DNA of 58,169 nt, filler included, from Catajapyx aquilonaris (GCA_000934665.2; 4 parts of 4 records of this genome joined end to end with filler, not necessarily neighbours in it); one strand, 5' to 3'; shown: positions 35,201-48,830, numbered from the whole stretch's first letter. The notes: generated by a model from the letters alone, not told the origin. A program made the numbers and translations.

Positions 35201-37819
35201 AAAATCGAAGTGCAGTGAAACTTACTAGTTTGAATCCATTCTTGTGAATAAAGTATGAGCCCCCCCCCCCCNCGTCCTGGTTATTGACACTGGGATCGAT
35301 AGTATCGGGCGTGTTTCTGGTTGGCTAATGCGGTGCAAATGTCCCATCTTATGCAGCACGTGCAGGTGTGCGTGTACTGTCCGGGACGACAACTTTGGGA
35401 ACAACCTGGACATTCACGATTGACCACAGGAAAAGCGTGATCATCACCGCAATATTAGTTGTTTTTCCGATACGCATGGTGATGATGAGTGTGTTGTTCA
35501 CTCCAGCAGCCAGTTTCAATAGCCGCAACAATTATACGGTAAGATCCTTTGCTGTATACTGGTTGCTGGCACTAACAGTCAGGAAGTGCCCCCCGATGGT
35601 ATCGCCACCAGTTGTAGTGGTGGTGCGACTTGTGTTTCTCCCATGACCCCAAGAGCTATGCCGGTGGTAGCTTAGTTTTTGTCTCCATCTGTCCCATTGC
35701 ATCTTCTTATAGCCATAGCTGTTTTGGCTCTTTCCTAAATAAACCTATCGTAGGAAGTGTGTCTGATATTGCATCTAATCCAATATTGCCAACAGAAAAA
35801 AATTGAAGTTGATCATTTTTTTTCTGTTGGCAATAATGACTGATTGTGTATGAAACCTGCTCGATGTAGGTTGGTCCACATTATACGTGGTATCCGCCAT
35901 GTTTGGTCCAAAGTGCATCAGATTTTATGATGGAACGGCGGCGCCCTGCATGTTTTTGCTCACCGTCACAATATGAAAAGCTGCTTTTGAAAGAGGGGGC
36001 CCTTGTTGTTCCTTGTGAGTCGCAGCCTCCGAAGCATTGTGTTTGAGACAATGAGGTCTAACTCCAGGCTCCTTTTGGTATGTAAACAGAGTGGAAGTGT
36101 TTGCTCCAAAATTCTGTGCCACATGCATGTAGAAACATACTGGGTGAAGAAACTCCAGAGGTCCCAGCATATATATCCCCCACTCTGCTCTTACATGTGG
36201 GAGGGTTGCAGTGGAAGGGAAGTTGGGTAGAGGGGGGGGGGGGGTTAGAAGAGAGTGGTGGGTGGGTGGCAAGGGGAAGGTTCCAAGAGAGGTGGGGGAA
36301 GGCTGCGAGGCAAACTCAGACATGCAGCCGCACATACAATTCCTCGACGCTGTTGCAAGTCTTACCCACGCGGAAATATGCACGCACATTTTTTTGCGAC
36401 AATTTTTGCAAGTTGATAACGAAAGCGCGAACATGTGACGCCTTTAAAAAATTACAAATACTGTAAAAAAATGCTGATATTTAGGCAGGTGGATGTTTCT
36501 TTTTTTCCCCCTTTAAAAAAAATGACTCGACGAACGTTATCAGCGGTTGGGTACCCCCCAAGCTGGATCGTATGTCACAAAACTTTTTTTTTTAATCTGA
36601 CTGGTATATCATCCTACACGGTAGCACACTACACATATACCTCCCCCACCCTCGTTTTTTTTTTCAGAAGGTAAATAAAGACAGGGGGAAACTCACGCCA
36701 TTTGTGTTGATTACACCGACCTTTTTTTCTTTGCTTAAATGTCGTGACTGCAATGTTGATTAATGGAAATAGGAAAAATGCGACGTCACTTTCACGTGGA
36801 AAGAACGTCATGTGTACTCGTTGATGACAATTGGAGGGGTTTTTAATGGAGGATTAATTTTAAAAAAATGTAATCCAAACAATGACTTAATTGTCGCTAA
36901 ACTAATACTCTGTGCACCGATAAACATTAAAAGAGCGTTACTAGTGAGTCTCCCATGGAGCATCAATTTGTAATGCTCTTGTGATGATTTTAGCAACAAA
37001 AACGCATCACAAGAGCATTAAAAGTTGATGCTCTATGTGATCCTCTTTTAATGTTTTGCGGTTTACAGTAGTGTAGACAACAAGCTTTTTTTCATTCAAA
37101 CGTTTCATCTTGCTAAATATTTTAGTACTTTACTGTGGAAACTACTCCCTCACCTGATGCAACGAATAATTTAATTACACATATAATTACGCGGTGTACA
37201 CAGTTTCATGGCTCGATACGTTATACAGTATTAGTACCTACCGTTAACGTATACGCATGACCGTTGATATGCATTGCAGCACGACAGCTTTGCAATTAAA
37301 TGCGATTGCACTCTGTACATTCGACACATACACATTGAACCAAGTCAGGGGGAATAGGTGGGATTGGGGAGGGGGGTTGATTGCGTGTGGTACCCCTATA
37401 ATTTAAGCCCCCGTGGGTTAAACCACGCTCACGTAGCACCTGGGTATCACACGCACTTTTTTTTTTTACTCTTTCTCTTTCCGTCCTCTCGTCAGGTTAA
37501 GAAGAATAATAAAAAAAAGTACGAGCGACCTAGGCCCTTGGGAAAGGAGAAGGGTGCAGTTGTTGGTGAGATAGACCTGCAACTGGACGTGTCGTTTGCT
37601 CAAATTTTATGGGGGGGGNNNNNNNNNNNNNNNNNNNNNNNNNNNNNNNNNNNNNNACAGGGAGAGAGAGGGGGGGGGGAGAAATGTGGACAGTGGGCAG
37701 TTATTTGACCGTTACATCGTGGGAAATGTGTTTTGACACCGAGATTGCTCAAAATATTGTTATTATCGGGGGTGTACTTGTTATCTTTTTTGTGGTACCA
37801 ATCGATATAATAACTACAA

Positions 37820-38088
37820 GCTGTAAACTGCAAAACATTTTTTTAAAAAAATCACTGGTGAGTCTCCCATGGTGCAACAATTTTTAGTGCTCCTGTGATG
37901 TTTTCTTTGTTGCTAAGAAAGAGCATTAGAAGAGCATTAAAATTGTAATGCTTTTTGTTGCTAATAATAGCATTAAAATTGTAATGCTTTTTGTTGCTAA
38001 TAAGAGCATTAGTAGAGCACTACTAGAAGACCATTAAAATTGATGCTCCATACAGTGACACTATTTTAATATTTTGCGGTTTACAGTG
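37820..38088. mobile_element. CACTG-ended MITE; relative at ~36905-37072
   Basis: ctgtaaactgcaaaacatt ... aatattttgcggtttacagtg; internal agcattaaaatt repeats. Confidence 0.6.
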
Positions 38089-40261
38089 TAGTCCTGACCA
38101 AAAAAAAAATGTGTGTAGTTGAAGACCCTCTTACTTGAGCTACTTCCTCATTGGCTGATTTCCTAGCAGTGGAGCCAGCCCTTACTGTGACGTCAGCCGT
38201 CAGGGGACGTTGTCATGTTGGCACCACTTGTTTTCCCACCCGATTGTTAAAAACTTTTTCGCTCCCAATTTCGGTCACCACTCAAGCAATTATCGTTATT
38301 AACAAGAGAGAGAGAGAAAAAAATCGAGTAGATCCCCGCCTCTTCCAACGCTTCGCCCCATTTTATTAGGGTAGTTGGGCCAGAGGCGAGATTCGCGGTC
38401 ACGGAATTTTCGGGGTTTGAAAAATTTGGGATCGAAATATTGGTCCTGCCAATTTTTTTTTTTTTTTTGTGGCTCCAAACTACCTTAACGAGAGTGCTGT
38501 GTAAACCCCTCCGCCTCCTGGAGTGTTACCTGGTGTTAAAAAAGGCAGTAGGAAGGAAGAAGGTGCAGTTTTGTTGGGTGGAGAGAGAGAGAGAGAGAGA
38601 GAGAAAAAAAATACAAGAGAAGATCGTCCATGGCATCAAGTGTAATTATCGCCCTGGCTCTTGCTTGGGATTCCAGCTAACTCCCCACCACCTCCAACAC
38701 CCCCTCTTCTAACTCCCATCCCTCCCTAAATTGAAGGCCCGCCTAAACACAGGCCTCCAAGGACCTCCCTACACCCCCCCCCCCCTCTCTCTTTTTCCAT
38801 GACAATTATGGGGTTGCAGACAGCTCAGGATGTACCATCCAAGGCCTTTCCTGGAAAACGGCTTTTCTGAATTTTTACTTGGATATATTAGTACCAGTCC
38901 CTTGCAGCTACGGGGCAGCACCAACAATTTTTAAAGCAAATCGAATTTTTGCCAAATTAATTTTTATATGGCTAGCATTTGTACTACTTATCTGCGAAAC
39001 TGCAGAGATTAGCTTCATTAGTGAGGCTCTATGAACGTAACTCCATTGCACATTGCTAACAAAAAAATTACATATTACATTTTACTAAATGCGGATGAGC
39101 AAGCACTGTGCAAATCCTTTCTGCGTATACAATATTGAATTTTAAAAATTAAAAAGAGCCTTGGCCACTGTGGTTCCTCTTAAAGGTCACGAATACTGGA
39201 AAAAAAACCCCAGGAAACCTTCCTCTTAAAAAATGCATTCAGATTGATGGGTGTCATTCGTGCGTGTAATTCAGGCTGATTACAAACGCAGAGCCGTAAT
39301 TCATGTATGTGCGCACGTGCCCCCTCCCCATGTCAAAAAGTACGGATTTTTTTTTCCCTTCTTCTCCTCCTCCCTCATCTACCCCCCCCCCTCTAAAAAC
39401 GGGTAATCATTTAGGCACACATCCCACCCAACAATTTCTTGGTCAAATATTTGCTTCCTGCATACTATAAGAACATGGGACAAATTTGAGAAGGGAGCCA
39501 GTCAGAGAGAGATAGGCTCGAATCGATATTCATCCCTTCCCCTACCAGATATCGTTCAAGTCTCTCTCTCTCCCCCCCCCAACTCTCTCTAACTCATCCC
39601 CCCTCCCTCCCTTCCCTTGGTATACGCTCGATATGTGCACATGGCTTTGCTGGGAGAGGGAACTTGCTAGAAAATTTTGGAGAGGGGCAGTGTCCCTGGC
39701 TGTATTTTTCCCAGCCCGCAGAGGCTCATTTTCATTACCCTAACGCCTAACTGGGGAAATCAAGAGAGAGAAAAAGAGAGGAGGGGGGGTCTGCTGTGTT
39801 GCTATATAGAAGGGAAGAGGAGGAAGGGAAGAGGAGGAGGGAAAGAGAGAGAGAAAAATTGTACCCCCAGCACGCCCCCCGGACTAACGCTACTTTTCCA
39901 TTTTGTTCCCTCGGACTCTCTATACCCCCCCTCTAGAACCCAGACACCCAGAAAAAAGTCTATTGGAGCGTGGAAAGCGAAATATGTCCGGTCGTGAAGC
40001 ACATTCCCAATCGAGGGGAGGGATGGTCAGCCCCCCCCCTTAAAAAGGAGGTGATTCACATGCAGCATATGGGGTGTGTGAATATATAGGGGGAGAAGTT
40101 ATGGCTCCGTTTCGTAAAAAGAATAAGTGACAAAAAAACAGCATATATTTTTCCACCGAGGGGCCAAAGTGGTCTGTTATACCCGAGGTGAGGTGAAAAT
40201 GAGTATGTTATATCAGGAGTAAAAAATACACAGGGTCTTGTGGAAGTATGGCGGGACCGGC

Positions 40262-40390
40262 CAAGGGGGTAATCACTCGACTGAAAAGTGTACACTGGAG
40301 TACCAAGGAAGAGTGAGGTACCTCAGGAGTACCAGGGAGTACCACTCGTATAGGTGTACACCGGAGTACCGAAGTGATTTCCCTATATTG
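40262..40390. mobile_element. CAAGG-terminated MITE, copy 3
   Basis: Homologous to 3207-3357; TSD ggaccggc. Confidence 0.85.
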
Positions 40391-40499
40391 GGACCGGCCA
40401 TTCGAGTCTGTTATAACCGAAAGTCCGTTATAGCTGAGGCTGTTATATCCGGATTCAAAGCTGTAGGTATTTTGTTGTATTGTGGTACAGTACAACATA

Positions 40500-41102
40500 C
40501 AGGGTGTTACAGGTTCGTGGGTCTGACATAGCCAGATAGCAGTTATAGGAGGTCGAATATAACAGGGGTTCCCAACCTGTGGGTCGCGAAGGGTTTTCTA
40601 GGGGGTCGCTGCGTCTTTTTGAAATACAGGGTGGTCCAAGTTCAAGTGTCGTTTTATAACGGCGATTAATAGCAGTGATTTTGCGATGACGTAGCAGCGA
40701 CGCGTAAAATGTCCCACTTCGGCGCATCTTCGACGCAATCGAAGTGGGCAATTTTACACGTCGCTGCTACGTCATCGCAAAATCACTGCTATTAATCGCC
40801 GTTATAAAACGACAGTTGAACTTGGACCACCCTGTATTATTTTAAAAATTAGGTAATAATTGTTATGAAAATATTTTGTTTTCTTTCCCATATAAAAATG
40901 CCTTTTTATATACGCAAATGTGGGGATGGAAAGGTGGGGTCGAATCGAAGGTTATTTGGCTGCTGGCTTGGGGGTCGCGACTCGAAAAAGGTTGTTCTAT
41001 AGAATGGAGCACATGGTTAGGGGAACAACTAGCTACAAAAAAATAACTGATATCGGGCGATAGCAGTTAGAAAAAAGTGACAGACGAACCTGGAACACCC
41101 TG
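40500..41102. mobile_element. Tc1/mariner MITE containing a hAT-like MITE (~40563-40993), which contains a palindromic mariner MITE (40627-40834)
   Basis: TA|cagggtgtt.caggttcgt ... acgaacctggaacaccctg|TA; inner TA|cagggtggtccaagttcaa near-perfect ~100-bp arms. Confidence 0.85.
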
Positions 41103-42638
41103 TATATATATAAATATCACGCAGTTATTTTGCCTTTTGCTTGAGTATCCTTCAGACTTCCAGGAGCAACCAACCAAAGCAAGCCAGGAAAAGGAATGAA
41201 GACAGTGTCCCCAGAGGAGGATCCATCAATTGCACATGGCGCCATCCACGCAGGGAGAGCCATAGAAAAACCAGTGACATATTTCCACGCCTTTTTTTTT
41301 CCATCCCCCAATCCGTCTTGAGAGAGTGACACCCCAAGTTTTCTCCAGTTCATTTTCAATGGACTCTTCTGGACACACTCTTGCAAGGAAGAAAGGACGG
41401 CAACACTGGGGCGTCGGCAAAAGGGGTGAGGGAGACGACCAGTGGATGGGGGTGGGAGGGCGTGGTAATTAACGGCGTCGGTTAATTGCGTTCGTTCGTT
41501 TCCTCGGCTGGCTGCTGCATGTGGATTCCGAGCACAAAGGGGGGGAGGGAGAAGAGAAACAATGGCTGGAGAGAGAAAGTAGGAGAGAGAGAGAGAAGGG
41601 GGCGGAGGGGGCGAGAGAGAGGGGGGGCGCTAGTCGGCAGGACTATTGATTGGTGGCAAAAGGGAGGTGGAGGGAGATGGGAGGGGGAAGAGGAGGGGGG
41701 GGAGGAACTGACTATGGAAAAGATCGAATTAATCAAAAGTCATATTCTGTTGTTTTTCTCTTTTCCTTCCGATGTTTCGCCTTCGAGGATGGAGGCCAAG
41801 TTATGCGGAAGAAATGTTAAGTCCCGGGCTTTTAAGAGCGGAGGAGGATGGGTGGGGGTTAAAAAAAAAAAAAAGAAGCTGGGGAGAGGAGTGGAAGGAA
41901 GGAGGAACCGGGCAGAAGTGCGAAATTAGCAATTCGCATGGAAGTGAAGGTAAAATATTCAAAATGTCATGCGATGTATGCAAAAGGGGGTTGGGGTTGA
42001 ACTTTAAAGCTGAGCTGCTGCACCGGAATAGACTTATTCAGAGGCAGGAAAATACGGAACTAAGAAAGAACCTGCCTATAACGGAATAGTCTATAACGGA
42101 ATTACTCCAGCCAACTTTAACGACAATAAATATTGCATATGTGTCCGCGAGTTGGTCGTGTCATTTCTCCAACCCATGAATTATTGTGAGACGACTTGGC
42201 GATAATGTAACGTAGAAGTTAATGAGGATTATAGTCAAGCTCTCCTCCTATAATATGGGTGGGCTTTAATGGAAGTGTTTGATGCGAATATCCCGGATCG
42301 ATAGCGTGTGTAACTTGATGCGAAGGAAAACTGCAAACGTCCTTTCGAGTGAGCTGATACTCATTACAGCTTATTGGTTATTTATAATCTATTTGTGTTG
42401 CAAACCTGCTGCTATTTAAAAAAAAAAGTGGACATTAAAAAAAAAGACTCAGATTCGGTTGTGGCATTAAAATAGCATCAGGATGGAAATAGAAAAATGA
42501 TGGACAAAAATACGATTCAGCGTCGATGTTAGCGACATATCAAGTAACATTGACGTTTCATCATCGATCATTTCCATCTGTGCTCGTCATGCGATTCAAA
42601 TGTCATTTATTATTTTTTATAGGAAGATGCGCTTGATA

Positions 42639-42948
42639 CATGGTGTTCCAAATTCGTGGGTCGTTTTTAAATAACTGATATCTCTCAATAGTATAGTTAT
42701 TTTATTGTAGCTTGTTGTGCCCCGAACCACGTGCCCCATTCGACTCACTCAAGCTACAAAAAAAACTAACGGGCGATATCAGTTATAACCTCCTGAGACC
42801 CCTGGTACAGTATACTGTACCTTTGTTTTTTCCAGCACATTCTGACTAACTCAAACGCGTAAAAAAAAACTAAGGTGATTGAAAGGTGTACTAGGGGTCT
42901 CAGGAGGATAAGTTATATAAAAACGGCCCACGAATTTGGAACACCCTG
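42639..42948. mobile_element. Tc1/mariner MITE related to 40500-41102
   Basis: TA|ca(t)ggtgttccaaattcgtggg ... cccacgaatttggaacaccctg|TA. Confidence 0.85.
42789..42907. mobile_element. piggyBac-like MITE with ATAA TSD, copy 2
   Basis: Near-identical to 8108-8220; ATAA on both sides. Confidence 0.85.
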
Positions 42949-43778
42949 TATATTGCGGCGAGCAATAATGTAATTGTCACCTCTCAACTATAAGTGTAAA
43001 TACTCGTAGCTTATAATGTATCGCAAATATGCATCCAGTAAGCCATTTTTTTCGTGTACACTGTGCCTAGAACATTAAAAAAAGTGGACCAATTTACGTC
43101 TGGCTGTGTGACCCTTTAAAAAGGCCGAAATTATTTAGTGCACCTCTTTCCTGAATGTATCGGGATCCTTCAATTCTTATTGCTCTGCATATTTTTTAAA
43201 AAATTGAAGGAAATATTTAGTAATATTGCCTCCCGATTTTGCATGAACTAATTTACATTACAAACAGTCTTATTTTATTTTTTTTAACGATCAACATTCA
43301 CTGGTTGATCCCGTGTGCACAACCGGCTATTAAACCGGCGCGTATCCTGCACGATGTATAAAAACCGGCATAAAACCTGCGCGTTCTCCTTTAAAACCGG
43401 GTTCGGATCGTTCCTCTTCAAGCCAGAAAAAAAATAGAAGGAAAAAAAAGGAGTCCAGAGAGTATAGTGTAGAAGCCTGGAGTATAGGGAAGATTGGGAG
43501 GGTAGAGATGGTGGTGGAGGGGGCAGCTGCAACTCTCAAGACGCCAGCATTTTATGCCCCACCTTATACTTTTCGGAGGGGGGTGGATTCTACTCACACT
43601 TACTGCAGGCCTACATAAATTCCTAATGGACTCATGATGGCCACCTAAAGAGCTATCCTGAATTTTTTCATGCCTTTCNNNNNNNNNNNNNNNNNNNNNN
43701 NNNNNNNNNNNNNNNNNNNNNNTTAATTAATTAANNNNNNNNNNNNNNNNNNNNNNNNNNNNNNNNNNNNNNNNNNNN

Positions 43779-44227
43779 TATTTTGACCCTCATCTTAATG
43801 CGTCACGAACACTGCTCACCTAAGTATGCTGAAAGGTTATTCTGGTATAGAGATGGATGTGATGAGATATGTTATGATTGCATCACTTTATAGTCCAAAA
43901 CGACTTGGGTGATTAATTTGGAGGGAATTATCTGGTTCTTCCGGAGTTTTAAATATGAGTTCGTGTACATTGCTCGTATCTATAGAAATTTAATTAACAA
44001 CAATGGCAATTAAATTTCTATAGATACGAGCAATGTACACGAACTCATATTTAAAACTCCGTTAGAACCAGACAGTAATTCCCTCCAAATTAATCACCCA
44101 AGTCGTTTTGGACTATAAAGTGATGCAATTATAACATATCTCATCACATCCATCTCTATACCAGAATAACCTTTCAGCATACTTAGGTGAGCAGTGTTCG
44201 TGACGCATTAAGATGAGGGTCAAAATA
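43779..44227. repeat. Long inverted repeat (~220-bp arms, 12-nt loop) abutting a gap
   Basis: tattttgaccctcatc...gaaatttaatt [aacaacaatggc] aattaaatttc...gatgagggtcaaaata. Confidence 0.9.
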
Positions 44228-44518
44228 ATGTCGAGGCTTTTGTTGTGTTGCAGCCATGCCTGTTTACCTCCAACCCGAGTCGCTGGAGACCGCTAGTCTG
44301 TTCCACCAAGGTTCCACCTAGTCGCTACCATAGCCGAAGCCATCAGGAGTGTCCACAGACGCTTCCCGCATGACCTAGAGGAGTACATCAACAACAGTCG
44401 ACCCTCCTTCCTCCAGAAATGTCAGGAAGTTCTGTTCGATCAAGCCATGGTTCAAGGAGTGGACGTGTCAAGTCTCCACATCCGCGTGAAGGGTGAGCAG
44501 AAGCGTAATCTTATTATA

Positions 44519-45080
44519 CAGGGTGTTTACGACCTAACTTTACAAACTTCTAGGGGTAATAGAGGGGACCAAGACAAACATTTTTGACATAGGAAACCGT
44601 GTCCGGAAACGCCATCTATAGGGGGTTCATAGACGAGGAACGGGTGCGCTCAGACGCGTCACGCGAGAGGCGCAAGTCGAGCGGACTGTTTTGTTAATAG
44701 ATGGCGCGCAGTTGTTGCCAGGTTATGGCGTATCGCGTCGTTGTAAGTAAACAACACCACGATATGCCACAACCTGGCAACAACATAACCGCTGTTGACT
44801 ATCCGCGCGTCTCCTAGGAGGAGGACTTTAGTTGGTAGATGGCTCTGTTGTTGCCACGTTATGGCACATCACAATCTTGTTTACTATCCGAGCGCCATCT
44901 ATCAACAAAACAGTCCGCTCGCCTAGCGCCTCACGCGTGACGCGTCTGAGCGCACCCATTCCTTGTCTATGAACCCCCTCTAGATGGCGTTTCCGGACAC
45001 GGGTTCCTAGGTCAAAAAGGTTTGTCTTGGTCCCCTCTATCACCCCTAGAAGTTTGTAAAGTTAGGTCGTAAACACCCTG
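44519..45080. mobile_element. Long-TIR Tc1/mariner MITE
   Basis: TA|cagggtgtttacgacctaactttacaaac... arms of ~200 bp ...gtaaacaccctg|TA. Confidence 0.9.
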
Positions 45081-45090
45081 TATATAATAT

Positions 45091-45246
45091 TGTAGTGGAC
45101 CCCTTGCCACCAGCAGGGACCATGGCCAGACGAGGCAGTGCCCGAGTTCCAGAACACGTCAGTTCTCTCTAACCTTTTATTCTAGACTGAACACTATTCT
45201 TGTTGCTACACAACAATACCACAATGTGGCCAACAGGGCCACTACA
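45091..45246 (-). mobile_element. Short solo LTR (gypsy-like)
   Basis: TG...CA ends with tgtagtgg/ccactaca inverted termini, 4-bp TSD atat, AATAAA on the - strand at ~45176. Confidence 0.65.
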
Positions 45247-46029
45247 ATATAATTATAATTGGCTAGGTGTGTTTGTGGGGTGGGAGGCATGGGTTTGCTT
45301 GGGGAGGGGGATGTGGGCTACCAAAGGAGTCTTACATGTGTCGTACTCTCACCAGTGATCATTCCAACTTGAATATCAACATTTGCACTGAGCAAGGTGG
45401 GGCGATTTGCATGTTGGGTGTACCCATCATAATGACGACATATATGGAGGGGGTCTCACTTAAGAGGCCCAATCTTCCGTAGTATTATACTAGCCAACAG
45501 AACTGACATGGACACATGTAGTTCACATGTAGGGCTACAACATACGTGAAAACCAGCAAAAAATAAAGGGGTATAATTTTAAAAATTAAATGTTTAAAAT
45601 TTGCAATTTTAATCTTTTTAACGCAAAAATTTAAAATTTTAAAATCAACCATAGAATACAATTATATCAACCTTTCTGAGTAAATAGATATCAAAAGCAC
45701 ATCTGTCTCACGATTAGTTGCGGAGAAACAGCCAAAAGAAAAATGGCTCTCAAAGAAAAGGCTCAAAATTACCACCCCCCAAAAAACGGGTAAAAATCAA
45801 AATATTTCAAAACGCTTTGGTACAATGTTTTAGCAGCGCTAGGGCACCATAACCTGTGAATATCATTCAAATCCGCCACATCAAGGGTACAAAGGGGGTC
45901 CCGCTGACATGGAATGACCCATGGGCAAGGAGATCAGTGGCCACACCACTTGAAAATTGCTACAACTCAGGCCAGAGACATGAACAACTAGATTTACATA
46001 GAAATGCGCATTTCAGCAGACTCATGGCA

Positions 46030-46030
<1 letters not shown>

Positions 46031-46069
<39 letters not shown>

Positions 46070-46487
46070 TATTATTATTTATTTTACCCAATGATAGGCC
46101 TACATAGGCCCTGTTGGGGGGTGGTATACCACCATCGTTTTTCTCGTTTTCTATTTTTCTTTCCTCCGGTGCAAGGGGACAGGATACAGATAATGAGGGG
46201 GGGACACTGGTGCAGGTGCAATGTCTCTAGTTGGGGGTCATGTTGCAAGACAACCCCCTAGGTGCGGGTCAGAAACTGACACCGCACCTCCTCATGGATG
46301 GGACAAGGATAGGAAAGGAAGGAATCGGCTTTGGCCTATTATTTAGGAAGCAACCCCGGAATTCTCCTGGGTGGACCGTGGGAAACCACAGAAAACCACG
46401 GTTAGGATTGCCGGCCCCGGGACTCGAACCCAGGACCTCCCGATTAGCAGTCGGACACCATATCCACTCCACCACTACTGCTTCGGT
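46031..46487 (-). mobile_element. tRNA-derived SINE (family B head + family A 3' body)
   Basis: Head as in 12700-12931; (TAA)n tail; TSD gactcatggcat. Confidence 0.9.
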
Positions 46488-47876
46488 GACTCATGGCATA
46501 TGGAGCACTGATGTCAAGGTGGGAAAAAATGATCTGTTCCTAGGTAGGAAAATTAATCAACCTTTATTGCTTCGAGGAATTGTACTGAATACTGCAAATT
46601 ATGATCAATGATGGGTGGCTGTATTATACGATGATAAAATTTATGATGCTATTAGTACAAAGTTACATATCTCTTGTTGGATCCCAAATTTTATCACACA
46701 TTTGCAGGTAGTACAGCTTGGCCACTCATTAGCTTGTGTCACAAAACTTATTGATGTAAATGTTCACTCTTCAATTTTAAGAATTTACTAAAAATATAAT
46801 AAAAAGTCACATTTGAGATGGAAAATTTCATGTACAACTTCAAGTGGATTCAAGCACAATATCTGGTTTCCAACAACCAATATAGCAAAAATGTGTTTTG
46901 CTATGTTTCAATCCATATATATGTCATAACATTCATCCTGATGATATACTGGTGGGCCTTTTGCTTTTATACAGGTATCAACCTCAATCATATAGCATGG
47001 CATGGCACCAAGCTTACAGCCAGTCACATAACATTAAAACTCAGAAATTGCAGTCAAGTCTCAATATATTATCTGTACTAATAAGGGGCAATACAAGTGT
47101 CTAAATAATTTGGAAGCTGGGAGTGGAAGGGGGTGGAAGTGAAATAAATTCCATGTTGTCGAAAATACAGGCTTATTTTTTCAATTTAAATTTAAAATTT
47201 GCAAGTACATACAGTATATCAGACCCAGTGTTTGCCTGAGTTACTCACTGTGACACAAAATGAGTGTGTGTGAGGGCCAGGTATAAATTCTCATCATACC
47301 TCCACATAGCAGAACTTCTTAAACAGTGCATAAAAAAAGTGGAGGTCTGGAAAATATGAACATCTGGATAATTGAGACTCAACTGCTCTTACCGTATATC
47401 ATAATTTTTCTTACATCTAGTGCACTACAGAACTGAAGAACAACTCAGGTGTCGGGAACTGAATTGAGTTGGTGTTAATTGCTTCATATTTAATACAGGG
47501 TGTACTACTTCCTTTACCAGGCATTTCTTTAGTAACTTTTAACATTAATGAAGATATCGCAACTAAATTCCAACTGAACTAACCTGCCTATGTGAGAAAG
47601 GAAATGGCATCACAACATGTGCTGGAAATGGCCACGTGTGAACCGGCACGAGCGGACTGCAGTGGTCAGTTGCTGTGGGGCGCGACTAAAGTGGCCACGT
47701 GTGAACAGGCCCTTAAAGTTATTGCAGAAATGCTGGGTAAATTAAGCAGTAGTACCATACACCATCAACTCTTGCCAACACCATATGGTACATGTATACA
47801 ATATTATTTATAAACGCAGAGGCTGTGAGAGAAATTGTGCCGTGTCTCCATAGCCCATCCCATCAGAAAAACTGAG

Positions 47877-48358
47877 ATGAGCCTCCAGCTTCACATGTCT
47901 GCCCCCACCTTCAAGACCTTGGCCTTCATTAACAGCAAATTCAAGGATGTCGAGCTCAGCGACTATGTGGGGAAATACCTAGTTCTGGTTTTCTACCCGA
48001 GTGATTTCACGCCTCTGAGTGTGGACGAAATCAGCACTTTCTCCGACCATTATAACATGTTCCAGAAGATCGGATGCGAGGTATTGGCCTGCTCAACAGA
48101 TAGCGTCCATTGCCATAAGGGGTGGTGCAACACCCCACGACTGTCACTAGAGAATTACAGCGTGGGCCAGCTGGAAATCCCCTTCTGGCAGACAAGACCG
48201 GTACGATCAGCAAGGCGTATGGAGTGTAAGCCGAGATTTAAGTGTTTGCGCTCCGTGGCCTGCTCATAATCGATCGTAGTCAGACTCTTAGGCATATCAC
48301 CGTCAATGATATGCGCGTTAGCAGGGTTGTAGGCGAGACCTTGCGACTGGTTCGGAAT
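47877..48358 (+). pseudogene. Prx: Typical 2-Cys peroxiredoxin (Prx1/2-like) processed pseudogene
   Basis: APTFK...LSDYVGKYLVLVFYPSDFT...GCEVLACSTDS..H..W...IP(L)LADKT..ISKAYGV...LRGLLIID...LRHITVND; intronless; frameshift ~48182, in-frame stops, peroxidatic Cys lost (FTPLSVDE), no C-terminal resolving-Cys region. Confidence 0.92.
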
Positions 48359-48830
48359 CATGCTGTATAATCTAACGCGAAGCTGGAATTCTCCTCTCAA
48401 AATGTTTACAATAAAGTGAGATCTTGCTTTACAAATGCAGAGGTACAAAATGTAAAGGACAGTACAAAGTATTTTTAGGAAGTACCTTCCTCTGTGCTAC
48501 AACCAAGTATACTAACTCACACCATGCACACTTGTTGGAAAATCTTTCAAGCCTCATCCTACACACTGCAGTGTGTTATCTTCCTAGGGACAAGCCTATT
48601 TCAGGCACTGTATGTAATTAACACTGTGTAGTAGGCGAGCAGTGGACACATTTCAACTCACAAACATGAAAACACTGGAGACATATCCAGGGTATTATAC
48701 CCAAGACCAAGATTTATTTGGGAATTATGCAGAAGGCTTAATAATCACAAGACAACCCAGAAAATATCACTACAAGATACTCCTTTTTTCAACATTCAGT
48801 GCCACTGACGTGTTTACAGAAAAGGAGAGA

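Noticed and set aside
38148..38200. CCAAT plus TGACGTCA (CRE) promoter-like motifs; other TGACGTCA sites elsewhere
   Set aside because: No adjacent gene; short motifs are expected by chance or lie within MITEs
41440..41930. Purine-rich 147-aa ORF and G-runs
   Set aside because: Low-complexity GA/G tracts; no coding signature
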